A stretch of DNA of 64,000 nucleotides from Minisyncoccota bacterium (GTDB lineage Bacteria > Patescibacteriota > Minisyncoccia > Phycocordibacterales > UBA9973), in the NCBI GenBank assembly GCA_035714785.1, contig DASTLQ010000011.1:6124-70123 (forward strand), read 5' to 3'. Made by a program: the position numbers and the translations under genes. The notes beneath the pieces were generated by a model. It worked only from the letters and a program-made list of their open reading frames with translations. It was not told where the DNA came from and ran no database searches. Position 1 is the stretch's first letter. Each line of letters begins with the position of its first letter. Positions 36,077 to 44,644 of this stretch are shown here, piece after piece.

Positions 36077-38848
36077 ATGGAAGGAACATTTCTCAAAGAA
36101 ATGCCTCAATTTAAAACGCCTGAAGAGGAGTTAGCGTATTTGCGTGCTCACATGGAGAAAAGAGAAAAGGAACTCGCGGACTTGGGGCACATCGAACGGC
36201 CTCGTGAAAAAGCTGCTGAGGAAATTCTTGGAGAGTATAAAAATACTCCATTAAAGGACGCCATGCATCCGGATTCAACCATGAGCGAAAAGGAAGCAAA
36301 AGGAATTGTGCTTGCTCTGAAGTCTGAAGCGCATGATTCAATCATGGAAGAATTGCTCGGCATTGTGATGACTAAGGGCGTGAAGAACGCGCTTTCTGTG
36401 GTGGAAAATATGAACAATCCACACATCTCCGACGATTTTCACAGAATCCTCATTCAGTACCTGCGTGCGCCGGGTGTTCCGTATCCTTTCAAAGAAGGAA
36501 CTGCACTGTATAAATCTTTTCACCTCACTCTTTTTGAAATTACTCTACCGCCTCCGCTCGATGAAGCAGACAAGCAAAAAAGTTTCAAAGAATTCATCGG
36601 TGCCATGGAGCAATTTTATGCCGGCATGCATTCTATTTCCCTAGGCAAAAACAATATCGAGGAAAATTATTTTGCTCTCGAAGTTGCGCTCTCGGCTGGA
36701 AGCGATGAAGTAGTAATCTATGCCGCAATTCCTGATCAGTACATCACACTTTTTGAAAAACAGGTGATGGCTTTTTACAATCAGGCAAAAATGATCGAGG
36801 TAAAAGATGATTTCAATATTTTTAATGAAAAAGGTGCAGCGGTGGGAGCATATGCCATGCTTTCTGAAAAAGCGGTCCTTCCTCTTCGCACTTATGAAAA
36901 TCTCGACCATGATCCAATGAAAAATATTTTAAATGTTTTTTCAAAACTTGATATTCATGGAGAGGGTGCCGCTATCCAGATTGTAATAGCGCCAGCTGGT
37001 GAAAAATTCATTCAAGACTTCAATGCAATTTTAGAAGATGTGAAAGATGGAATGTCTGTCAAACACGCAGCTGACAATTTGTACAAGTTTAATAAGGCTT
37101 TTTTGAACATTTCTAAAGAATTTCTGTTCGGAACAAAAAAGAGCGAAGACAAATCTGACAAAAATATGTCGGGTAGGAGGCCAGTGGACGAAGGGGCCGC
37201 AGAGAAAATTGGTAAAAAACTTTCCAGCAGTATCATGAAAGCAAATATTCGAGTGATCGCATCTGCAGAGACTCATGCTCGTGCGGAAGCTATTCTCGGA
37301 GAAATTGAATCTTCGTTTAATCAGTTTACGGAGCCTGCAAGCAACTCCATAATTTTTGAAAAAGTGACCGGAAGCAAGGTAAAAAACTTTTTCCATGATT
37401 TTTCATATCGTGCTTTTAGTCGAGATTATACTCTGCCACTAAATTTAAAAGAACTTTCTTCTGTTTTCCATTTCCCAATAGGGATTGGAAGTATGCCCCA
37501 GCTCCGAGAAGCAAAGGCGGGAATTGCACCTGCTCCGATTCAGATGGGAGGAGAGGGAATTGTGCTTGGGATAAACAGCTATCGAGGAAAAGATACTCAA
37601 GTCCGGATGACGCGCGAAGATCGCATGCGTCATTTCTATGTGATCGGTCAGACAGGAACAGGAAAGACCAACATCATGCTCAATATGATCACGCAGGATA
37701 TCGTGAACGGCGATGGTTGTTGCTATATAGATCCGCACGGCACCGATATTCAGACTATTCTTTCGCGTATTCCTAAAGAGCGCATTGACGATGTTATATA
37801 TTTTGATCCCGCTTACATTGCTCGTCCGATGGGATTGAATATGCTCGAATACGATGTTCAATATCCTGAACAAAAGACATTCGTAGTGAATGAAATGATG
37901 AATATTTTCAACAAGCTTTTTGATATGAAAGTGGGAGGCGGGGCGATGTTTGAACAATATTTCCGCAATAGCGCCTTTCTAGTGATGGAAGACCCTGAAT
38001 CTGGCTCTACTTTACTTGAAATTACTAGAGTGTTGGCGGATAAAGAATTTCGAGATATGAAACTTGCGAAGTGCAAGAATCCAATCATCAAACAATTTTG
38101 GATTTCGGCTGAGCAGACTACAGGAGAACAATCCTTGGCAAACTTTGTGCCCTACATTTCTTCTAAATTCGACAATTTCATTTCTAACGACATCATGCGA
38201 CCCGTTGTGCTTCAGCAGAAATCCGTTTTTGATTTTAGAAAAATAATGGATGAGAAAAAAATACTGCTGGTGAATCTTTCTAAAGGAAGGCTTGGGGATA
38301 TAAACGCAAACTTGATCGGGCTGGTGCTGGTTGGAAAAATTCAGATGGCAGCACTGTCGCGTGTAGATATGTTTGGAAAGCCTATGAATGATTTCTATCT
38401 GTATATAGACGAGTTCCAAAATGTGACCACAGATTCCATCGCTTCTATTCTTTCTGAAGCTCGAAAATATAGATTGTCTCTAAACATCGCGCACCAATAT
38501 ATTAATCAGCTTGAGGAAAGTATAAAAAATGCAGTGTTTGGAAACGTAGGATCGATGGCAGTATTCCGCGTGGGAACAGAAGACGCAAACTTTTTGGAAC
38601 AGAAATTTAAGCCGGTATTTACGTCGGCGGACATCGCGCGACTCGATAACTACAATGCCTATATGAGTATGCTGGTAAAAGGGGAGCCGGTGAAGCCGTT
38701 TAATATAAAGACTTTGGCGCCTGAAGCGGGGAATCCAAGCATCGTGGATAGCTTGAAAGAACTTTCCTACTTGAAATATGGCCGAGACCGACAAGAAGTG
38801 GAAACCGAAATCATGTCTCGTTACAGCGGCCTCGAAGGCAAGGTGTAA
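36077..38848 (+). CDS. VirD4/TraG/TraD-like (FtsK-HerA superfamily) P-loop ATPase with ~420 aa N-terminal soluble domain
   Basis: HFYVIGQTGTGKTN Walker A; YLYIDEFQN Walker B; ARKYRLSLNIAHQ matches the conserved TraD/VirD4 C-terminal motif. No TM helices. The stop codon TAA is supplied by the flanking palindromic repeat. Confidence 0.65.
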   Translation: MEGTFLKEMPQFKTPEEELAYLRAHMEKREKELADLGHIERPREKAAEEILGEYKNTPLKDAMHPDSTMSEKEAKGIVLALKSEAHDSIMEELLGIVMTKGVKNALSVVENMNNPHISDDFHRILIQYLRAPGVPYPFKEGTALYKSFHLTLFEITLPPPLDEADKQKSFKEFIGAMEQFYAGMHSISLGKNNIEENYFALEVALSAGSDEVVIYAAIPDQYITLFEKQVMAFYNQAKMIEVKDDFNIFNEKGAAVGAYAMLSEKAVLPLRTYENLDHDPMKNILNVFSKLDIHGEGAAIQIVIAPAGEKFIQDFNAILEDVKDGMSVKHAADNLYKFNKAFLNISKEFLFGTKKSEDKSDKNMSGRRPVDEGAAEKIGKKLSSSIMKANIRVIASAETHARAEAILGEIESSFNQFTEPASNSIIFEKVTGSKVKNFFHDFSYRAFSRDYTLPLNLKELSSVFHFPIGIGSMPQLREAKAGIAPAPIQMGGEGIVLGINSYRGKDTQVRMTREDRMRHFYVIGQTGTGKTNIMLNMITQDIVNGDGCCYIDPHGTDIQTILSRIPKERIDDVIYFDPAYIARPMGLNMLEYDVQYPEQKTFVVNEMMNIFNKLFDMKVGGGAMFEQYFRNSAFLVMEDPESGSTLLEITRVLADKEFRDMKLAKCKNPIIKQFWISAEQTTGEQSLANFVPYISSKFDNFISNDIMRPVVLQQKSVFDFRKIMDEKKILLVNLSKGRLGDINANLIGLVLVGKIQMAALSRVDMFGKPMNDFYLYIDEFQNVTTDSIASILSEARKYRLSLNIAHQYINQLEESIKNAVFGNVGSMAVFRVGTEDANFLEQKFKPVFTSADIARLDNYNAYMSMLVKGEPVKPFNIKTLAPEAGNPSIVDSLKELSYLKYGRDRQEVETEIMSRYSGLEGKV

Positions 38849-39006
38849 GGGGACCCCTTCAAGGGTCCACCTTCGCCAGAGGCGAAGGCGGACCCTTACC
38901 TGTGGATAACATGCAAGGGGACCCCTTACACTTTATCCACCTGTGGATAACATGCAAGGGGACCCCTTCAAGGGTCCACCTTCACCAGAGGCGAAGGCGG
39001 ACCCTT
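38843..39006. repeat. composite repeat cluster: family A units + two copies of family B GC-rich hairpin (AAGGGTCCACCTTCRCCAGAGGCGAAGGCGGACCCTT)
   Basis: GTGTAAGGGGACCCCTTC-AAGGGTCCACCTTCGCCAGAGGCGAAGGCGGACCCTT-ACCTGTGGATAACATGCAAGGGGACCCCTTACACTTTATCCACCTGTGGATAACATGCAAGGGGACCCCTTC-AAGGGTCCACCTTCACCAGAGGCGAAGGCGGACCCTT. Confidence 0.9.
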
Positions 39007-39080
39007 TTGCAAATAAAGGGCTTTCTGGTATACTCATAATATTAAAACCTAATTGGCGTAAGCCATTTTTTTGTATATAT

Positions 39081-39665
39081 ATGAAGCACCCAAAAGAAGA
39101 AAGAACATATGTGATGATTAAGCCCGACGGAGTAAGAAAGGGTTTGACAGGAGAGATTATTCGTCGTTTTGAACAGCGTGATCTAAAGATCGTGGCACTC
39201 GAAATGTTTCAGCCAGTTCATGAGCAGATAGATAATCACTACCCAAAAAATGAAGAATGGATCACTCGCCTTGGAGGCAAGACTCTTAGTACTTATGAAA
39301 AATACGGGTACGACGCTATGGCAGATTTTGGTACAACTGAAGCGGAAAAAATCGGTCCAGAGATCCGAAAGTGGCTTATGGACTATATGGTCAGCGCTCC
39401 TTTGGTAAAAATGGTGGTACAGGGTGTGCATGCAGTGGATGTAGTTCGAAAAATTGCAGGAGACACTATGCCTTACAAAGCAGATATGGGAACAATTCGC
39501 GGAGATTTCTCTATCGATTCTCCTGCGCTTGCAAATAAAGAAAAAAGGGCAGTGATGAATATCGTGCATTGTTCTGAAACTCCTGAAGAAGCTGAACACG
39601 AGATCAAACACTGGTTTGGAAATTCTGTGATTCACGAGTACAAGCGTTTTGGAGTGGATGCATAG
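39081..39665 (+). CDS. ndk: nucleoside-diphosphate kinase
   Basis: ERTYVMIKPDGV, NIVHCSE (active-site His). The ORF track start 38943 (GTG; MDNMQGDPF..) lies in the repeat cluster, so the start is trimmed to ATG 39081. Confidence 0.88.
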   Translation: MKHPKEERTYVMIKPDGVRKGLTGEIIRRFEQRDLKIVALEMFQPVHEQIDNHYPKNEEWITRLGGKTLSTYEKYGYDAMADFGTTEAEKIGPEIRKWLMDYMVSAPLVKMVVQGVHAVDVVRKIAGDTMPYKADMGTIRGDFSIDSPALANKEKRAVMNIVHCSETPEEAEHEIKHWFGNSVIHEYKRFGVDA

Positions 39666-39702
39666 TTTTTATAATTTAAAAACAAAAAAATGATTACGTC
39701 CA

Positions 39703-39731
39703 GTTGTCAGAAATTGGGTTTGGTCTATACT
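39703..39731 (+). promoter_or_regulatory. promoter-like element (TTGTCA-16-TATACT) driving the structured RNA candidate
   Basis: TTGTCAGAAATTGGGTTTGGTCTATACT. Confidence 0.45.
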
Positions 39732-39737
39732 AAAAGT

Positions 39738-39910
39738 AGGGTTATTTTCAATTATTACCTAGTACACTACCCATAGGGAGCCTCGATCGTTTCGTGCCGT
39801 GGTATGAGATGTCTGGCACCCACCTGTAAAACAGGCTATGGTAATATATTGGAAATAACCCTAAGAAAACGTCTCCGCCCTGATGTATGGTTGCGGGGAT
39901 TTTTTCTTAA
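39738..39910 (+). ncRNA. candidate structured small RNA / cis-regulatory leader (6S-like closed-stem architecture), unclassified
   Basis: 5' GUAGGGUUAUUUUCAAUUAUUACC pairs with 3' GGUAAUAUAUUGGAAAUAACCCUAAG to form a ~30-bp imperfect closing duplex with a 12-nt 5' bulge. Internal hairpins GUGCC..GGCAC and CCUG-UAAAA-CAGG. Ends in CUCCGCCC..GCGGGGAUUUUUUCUU. Promoter just upstream; no ORF. Confidence 0.3.
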
Positions 39911-39936
39911 GAGTTCTTTAGTGGTAGAATAATCTT

Positions 39937-40314
39937 ATGGAAAGGAAAAAATTAGGAATACCGTTGGTAATACTCGTTTTTTTTATACTGTTCATCAACT
40001 ATGTGGCGATGAAGTTTCATTGGTATTCTGCTCTTCCATGGTTTGATATGCCCATGCATTTTCTGGGAGGATTCTGGGTAGCTCTTTTGGTTGCATTTAT
40101 TCTACCTAGTCGACACTTTTCTATACATTTTGTTTTAAAAATACTTGCTGGCGTTCTTTTGATCGGCATACTGTGGGAAATTTTTGAAGTGACATTAAAT
40201 ACTATTACCGTAAAAGATACTTTCGACATGGTGGACACTTTGTCGGATCTTTTCTTCGATATCGTTGGTGGCTTGGCTGCTACGCTAGTTCTTTATCGTA
40301 GCTCCAAAGTGTAA
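39937..40314 (+). CDS. VanZ-like family small membrane protein
   Basis: 125 aa, 3-4 TM. DMPMHFLGGF and WEIFEVTL..DTFDMVDTLSDLFFDIVGG resemble VanZ-family motifs. The stop TAA is supplied by the adjacent repeat. Confidence 0.5.
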   Translation: MERKKLGIPLVILVFFILFINYVAMKFHWYSALPWFDMPMHFLGGFWVALLVAFILPSRHFSIHFVLKILAGVLLIGILWEIFEVTLNTITVKDTFDMVDTLSDLFFDIVGGLAATLVLYRSSKV

Positions 40315-40390
40315 GGGGACCCCTTGCATGTTAAGGGTCCACCTTCGCCTCTGGCGAAGGCGGACCCTTGGGCGAAGGTGGACCCTTAAC
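40309..40390. repeat. family A unit + family B hairpin(s) (VanZ-like/beta-CASP intergenic)
   Basis: GTGTAAGGGGACCCCTTGCATGTT-AAGGGTCCACCTTCGCCTCTGGCGAAGGCGGACCCTTGGGCGAAGGTGGACCCTTAAC. Confidence 0.9.
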
Positions 40391-40411
40391 AATTTATGAT
40401 ATAATCTTCAT

Positions 40412-41773
40412 ATGACAAATGCCAAAATTACTTTCTGCGGAGGAGCAGGAACGGTGACAGGAGCAAACTTTCTTTTTGAAATAGATAATAAAAAAATATT
40501 AATAGACTGCGGGCTGACTCAATCTGCAAAAATCGCGGACGATGTAAACTGGAGTCCTTTTCCATACGATGCAAAGGAGATTGATATTCTCTTTGTTTCG
40601 CATGCCCATATTGACCATATAGGTAGAATTCCCAAGCTTATTCATGAAGGTTTTCGAGGAGAAATTTATTCTACCAAGCCCACCCACGATTTGGCTCACC
40701 CAATGCTCGAAGACACCGCCGGAATTCTTTCTAAGAACGAAAAACTACATCTCGAGGAAATTTATTCTGATGAAAATCTAAATACCACTGCTTCTCTTTG
40801 GAAAAGTTTCGACTATAGTGAAAAAATCAAGGTTAGCGAGGAAGTGGAAGTGCAATTTCTGAATGCGGGACATATTTTAGGGTCAGCTATGATTTTATTT
40901 ACCTACAAGGGCAAAAAGATTCTCTTTACAGGAGACCTTGGAAACAGTCCGTCACCGCTTTTGCCTGATACCGAGCATATTGAGGACATCGACTACATGG
41001 TCATGGAAAGTGTTTATGGAGATCGCAATCATGAATCTCGTGATGAGCGCCGAAAAAAGCTCGAGGAAGTGATTGAGGATAATTATAAAAGAAAAGGAGT
41101 GCTGATCATTCCTACTTTTTCTCTAGAGCGTTCTCAAGAATTACTTTTTGAGCTGAACAATCTCGTAGAAGGGAAGCGTATTCCTGTAATGCCAGTTTTC
41201 TTAGATTCCCCTCTAGCTATTCGCCTCACTGAAATTTTTAAAAAATATAAGGACTATTTTAATGATGATGCTCAGAGAATAATGACTCACGATCCGCATC
41301 TTTTTGATTTTCCTGGGCTAAAATTTACCCTCGAAGCAGATGAATCCAAACAGATTGAAAAAACACCGAATCCAAAGATAATTATTGCTGGCTCAGGGAT
41401 GTCTTCTGGGGGAAGAGTGGTGCATCACGAAAGACACTTTCTGCCAGACCCAAACAATACCTTGCTTTTGACGGGATATCAGGTGGTGGGCAGTCCGGGT
41501 AGGTTGATTCAAGAAGGTCTAAAAACCGTTAAGATTACGGGAGAATATGTAGATGTGCGATCTCATGTTGCCACCATTTACGGATATTCAGGTCACAAAG
41601 ATTCTGATGGCCTCCTTCGATTTATTCAAGAAAAAAGAGAACATCTAAAAAAAGTTTTTGTAGTGATGGGGGAGCCGAAGTCCTCTATGTTTTTGGTGCA
41701 AAAAATTCGCGACAATCTAGGCATCGAAGCCCATGCCCCTGAGCAGGATGACAGTGTCGTCCTAGAATTCTAG
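40412..41773 (+). CDS. MBL-fold beta-CASP ribonuclease (RNase J/CPSF-like RNA-metabolising metallo-beta-lactamase)
   Basis: SHAHIDHIG motif 2; beta-CASP region; C-terminal RMMBL-like (GYSGHKD). Confidence 0.8.
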   Translation: MTNAKITFCGGAGTVTGANFLFEIDNKKILIDCGLTQSAKIADDVNWSPFPYDAKEIDILFVSHAHIDHIGRIPKLIHEGFRGEIYSTKPTHDLAHPMLEDTAGILSKNEKLHLEEIYSDENLNTTASLWKSFDYSEKIKVSEEVEVQFLNAGHILGSAMILFTYKGKKILFTGDLGNSPSPLLPDTEHIEDIDYMVMESVYGDRNHESRDERRKKLEEVIEDNYKRKGVLIIPTFSLERSQELLFELNNLVEGKRIPVMPVFLDSPLAIRLTEIFKKYKDYFNDDAQRIMTHDPHLFDFPGLKFTLEADESKQIEKTPNPKIIIAGSGMSSGGRVVHHERHFLPDPNNTLLLTGYQVVGSPGRLIQEGLKTVKITGEYVDVRSHVATIYGYSGHKDSDGLLRFIQEKREHLKKVFVVMGEPKSSMFLVQKIRDNLGIEAHAPEQDDSVVLEF

Positions 41774-41782
41774 CTAGGGTTG

Positions 41783-41866
41783 GGGTAAGGGGTCCCCTTG
41801 CATGTTATCCACAGGTAAGGGTGGTGGGTGTGGATAAAGTGTAAGGGGTCCCCTTACACCTTACTT
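41783..41866. repeat. family A repeat pair (beta-CASP/LOG intergenic)
   Basis: GGGGTAAGGGGTCCCCTTGCATGTTATCCACAGGTAAGGGTGGTGGGTGTGGATAAAGTGTAAGGGGTCCCCTTACACC. Confidence 0.9.
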
Positions 41867-41883
41867 TTTGCTATAATATAAAT

Positions 41884-42528
41884 ATGCAAAATACATCACA
41901 CACACCAAATACTCAAAACTCACCACTTTGTGAAAGTCCGTTTACTAAACATGGACACAATCAGATTAAAATTTGTGTTTCCGGCGCAGCTGAAACGGGT
42001 CACTGCGGAGCGAACGCTCTGGAAAAAGCAAAAGAGCTCGGTAGGGAAATAGCTCGTCAAGGAGCGATCATCGTCACTGGCGCCACCACTGGCTTTCCGT
42101 TGTGGTCTGCCATGGGAGCAAAAGAAGAAGGAGGAATTTCTATCGGTCTTTCTCCAGCAGCTACTGAAAAAGAACACGCAGAATCTTACAAGCTACCACT
42201 AGACTACATGGACTTAATCATTTACACCGGCTTCGGATATCCCGGCCGAGATTTGCTCCTGACTCGCTCGGTGGATGCTGTCATTTGTGGATGCGGACGT
42301 ATCGGAACTATTCACGAATTCACTATTGCCTTTGAAGATGGAAAAGTAATCGGAATATACGAAGGTCCATGGGAAATGGGCAATCAGCTAAAAGATATTT
42401 TGGCCAAAGGTCACCGTCCAAGCGACAAAATCGTAGCTAGCGACGACCCAAAAAAGCTAGTCGCCGACATCATAGCGAAAGTAAAAGAAGTGAAGGTAAA
42501 AGAATACAATATGGTAGAGACCGCTTAG
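41884..42528 (+). CDS. TIGR00725/LOG-family Rossmann-fold nucleotide-binding protein
   Basis: ICVSGAA..GREIARQGAIIVTGATTG..SIGLSP pattern of the SLOG/LOG (YvdD-like) family. Confidence 0.6.
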   Translation: MQNTSHTPNTQNSPLCESPFTKHGHNQIKICVSGAAETGHCGANALEKAKELGREIARQGAIIVTGATTGFPLWSAMGAKEEGGISIGLSPAATEKEHAESYKLPLDYMDLIIYTGFGYPGRDLLLTRSVDAVICGCGRIGTIHEFTIAFEDGKVIGIYEGPWEMGNQLKDILAKGHRPSDKIVASDDPKKLVADIIAKVKEVKVKEYNMVETA

Positions 42529-43082
42529 CCCTCCATCGCCTCCTTTAATTTTTGAAAGCCGTTCTTGTCATAGGGAACGGTTTTTAAGTTTGGGAGTTTG
42601 CCGATATCCAAATCACTGAGAAAAATTTCACGATTTTCAACAAAAATAACTTTTTCATCCGGAAATTCTTGGCAGATTTTTTCGATTACCTCTTTCTTGC
42701 TACCAGACACCACTATAATTTCTTCAAAAAACGGTGCGATCCCGCTCATCTCGATTTTTTCAAGTTGAAATTCCTGCTCACCGTTGGTCACGATGTAGCA
42801 ATTTTCCTTTCCAGTCGCAACTACTACGCTCATGAGTTCTTCATTTACTAAATCGGAGCATGTTTCCATTATTCTTTGATAAAGCTCCACTTTTTTCTTT
42901 TCATCGGTGAAAAATTTTCCAATATAATCCATCAAAGAAAATTCCTTGACGCGCATCTCTTTGTATAAAGTTTCAGATTGAATTCTAGGAATCCCTTCGG
43001 CCTCGAGCACAGAAAACATCCTTTCCTTAAAAAGGGGAGTGGTCCTAAACAATGTATCATCAAAATCAAAAATTAATTTCAT
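42525..43082 (-). CDS. HAD superfamily hydrolase
   Basis: N-terminal FDFDDTL (DxD motif I). Confidence 0.6.
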   Translation of the reverse strand: MKLIFDFDDTLFRTTPLFKERMFSVLEAEGIPRIQSETLYKEMRVKEFSLMDYIGKFFTDEKKKVELYQRIMETCSDLVNEELMSVVVATGKENCYIVTNGEQEFQLEKIEMSGIAPFFEEIIVVSGSKKEVIEKICQEFPDEKVIFVENREIFLSDLDIGKLPNLKTVPYDKNGFQKLKEAMEG

Positions 43083-44071
43083 TACTTCTTTGTTTTCTTA
43101 ATTATATCCTCCACGCAAGACGCAATTTTAGTTGAATCGTGACGAATATAACTGCGAGCCTTTGCGCGGGCGTCGGATTTATTATATTTGATCACCGCAT
43201 GAGAGATAAGGGGAGCGCGAATAGCCCTCGGATCGTCAAAATCGTCTTTAATTAGTACCCCGTTTCCTTCTTTGAGCTCATAACGTCGCACCTGTTCTTT
43301 GGAGGGTGGCTCGTTGTTTATCAGCACAAAATCCACTGGCCGTCCTAGATATTCTTCAATGGCCACTACATAATTGCTTACATTCCAACGCTTGGTGTGT
43401 CCTTTTTTGTTAGTGAGATTTATTGGAAAAATTAATTTGGCTTTGGTTTTTTGGATAGCATTTCGGAACCCTTCTACTAAAAGATTTGGCACCACGGATT
43501 CATAAAAATTGCCGGGGCCAAGCACAATATAGTCAGCGGTCAGGATTTCTTTTATCGCTTTGTCATTTATTTTTGCCCTTCCTTCATAAAAAATTTTGCG
43601 CAGCCCTTTTTTTTGAAAATCTGTATCGTCTATTTCTATCTGCCCTTTTACTACCGTTCCATCGCCCAGCATTGCACAGAGGTGAGTCTTGTTTTTTGTT
43701 ACCGGCACCACTGTTCCTTCTACTTTTAAAATTTCAGAAGCTACTTCTACTCCAGTAGCAAAGTCACCAGTCACTTTTTCGAGAGCGGCGAGGAGAATAT
43801 TTCCGAAGCTGTGACCTTTGAGTGTGCCGTCGTCATCAAAACGATAGCTCATGAGTTTTCGCACTACATCGCTATGCTCGCTTAGGGCTACTAGACATTG
43901 GCGAACATCCCCTGGGGGAAGTACTCCGAGTTCGTCACGCAATATTCTAGTAGAACCTCCATTGTCGGCCATCGAAACAATGGCAGTGAGAGAAACATTT
44001 TTTAGGTGTTTGAGTCCGGACAGGACAGTATAACTACCGGTGCCTCCACCTACAGTAACTATTTTTTTCAT
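43082..44071 (-). CDS. yvcK: YvcK/CofD-like gluconeogenesis factor family protein
   Basis: KIVTVGGGTG..LTAIVSMADNGGSTRILRDELGVLPPGDVRQC typical of YvcK (UPF0052). Confidence 0.85.
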   Translation of the reverse strand: MKKIVTVGGGTGSYTVLSGLKHLKNVSLTAIVSMADNGGSTRILRDELGVLPPGDVRQCLVALSEHSDVVRKLMSYRFDDDGTLKGHSFGNILLAALEKVTGDFATGVEVASEILKVEGTVVPVTKNKTHLCAMLGDGTVVKGQIEIDDTDFQKKGLRKIFYEGRAKINDKAIKEILTADYIVLGPGNFYESVVPNLLVEGFRNAIQKTKAKLIFPINLTNKKGHTKRWNVSNYVVAIEEYLGRPVDFVLINNEPPSKEQVRRYELKEGNGVLIKDDFDDPRAIRAPLISHAVIKYNKSDARAKARSYIRHDSTKIASCVEDIIKKTKK

Positions 44072-44099
44072 ATAGCAAGTAGACGATTAAAAAGTAAGA

Positions 44100-44444
44100 T
44101 TACTTCACGTTTGCGAGAACCTTAGCAAAAGAGCTTGGATGATTTTCAGCCAAATCAGCCAATATTTTTCTATTTAAAGAAATATTATTCTTTTTAAGTG
44201 CACCCATAAGCTTAGAATAGCTCAAACCGTTTTCGCGGGAAGTCGCATTGATCTTGATATTCCAAAGTTTTCGGTTGTGGGATTTCTTGTCTCGGCGGTG
44301 CGCAAAAGCATATGCTCCAGCGTGCAGAAGGGCTTCCTTTGCCTGACGTTCTTTAGTGCTTCGTCCATGGCGGAAACCTTTAGTCTGCTTTAAAATACTC
44401 TTTCTTCTTTTTAAGGCATGTACGCCTTTTTTAACTCTTGTCAT
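44100..44444 (-). CDS. rplT: 50S ribosomal protein L20
   Basis: MTRVKKGVHALKRRKSILKQTKGFRHGR.. Confidence 0.93.
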   Translation of the reverse strand: MTRVKKGVHALKRRKSILKQTKGFRHGRSTKERQAKEALLHAGAYAFAHRRDKKSHNRKLWNIKINATSRENGLSYSKLMGALKKNNISLNRKILADLAENHPSSFAKVLANVK

Positions 44445-44458
44445 GTTGGCTTAATGAA

Positions 44459-44644
44459 TTAGGAAAATGGTAATAGGTGACTTTTTGGTTTGTTCTTGAT
44501 GGTGAATTTCCCGCCTTTTCTGCCGGCGAGCTGGGTGGTTCGGGATTGTTTAGCATTGAAATGGTTAAAACCTGGCTTTCGGCTTATAACCTTACCGTTC
44601 TTTGTGACTTTTAGTCTTTTTGAAAATGATTTATTTGTTTTCAT
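44459..44644 (-). CDS. rpmI: 50S ribosomal protein L35
   Basis: MKTNKSFSKRLKVTKNGKV.. 61 aa. Confidence 0.9.
   Translation of the reverse strand: MKTNKSFSKRLKVTKNGKVISRKPGFNHFNAKQSRTTQLAGRKGGKFTIKNKPKSHLLPFS

Noticed and set aside
38843-39006. Possible CRISPR array (short direct repeats CTGTGGATAACATGCAAGGGGACCCCTT recurring)
   Set aside because: The repeats are contiguous or interleaved with a second palindrome, with no unique spacers of regular length, and no cas genes nearby. It belongs to the dispersed palindromic family instead.
39738-39910. SRP RNA, RNase P RNA or fluoride riboswitch in the ndk-vanZ spacer
   Set aside because: No GGAAGGAAGCAG (SRP domain IV) and no GGAAAGUCCGG/ACAGAACCCGGCUUA (RNase P). 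The crcB-motif resemblance (CCGCCCUGAUG) was too weak and the downstream gene is not a Fluc/CrcB exporter. Kept only as an unclassified structured RNA candidate.
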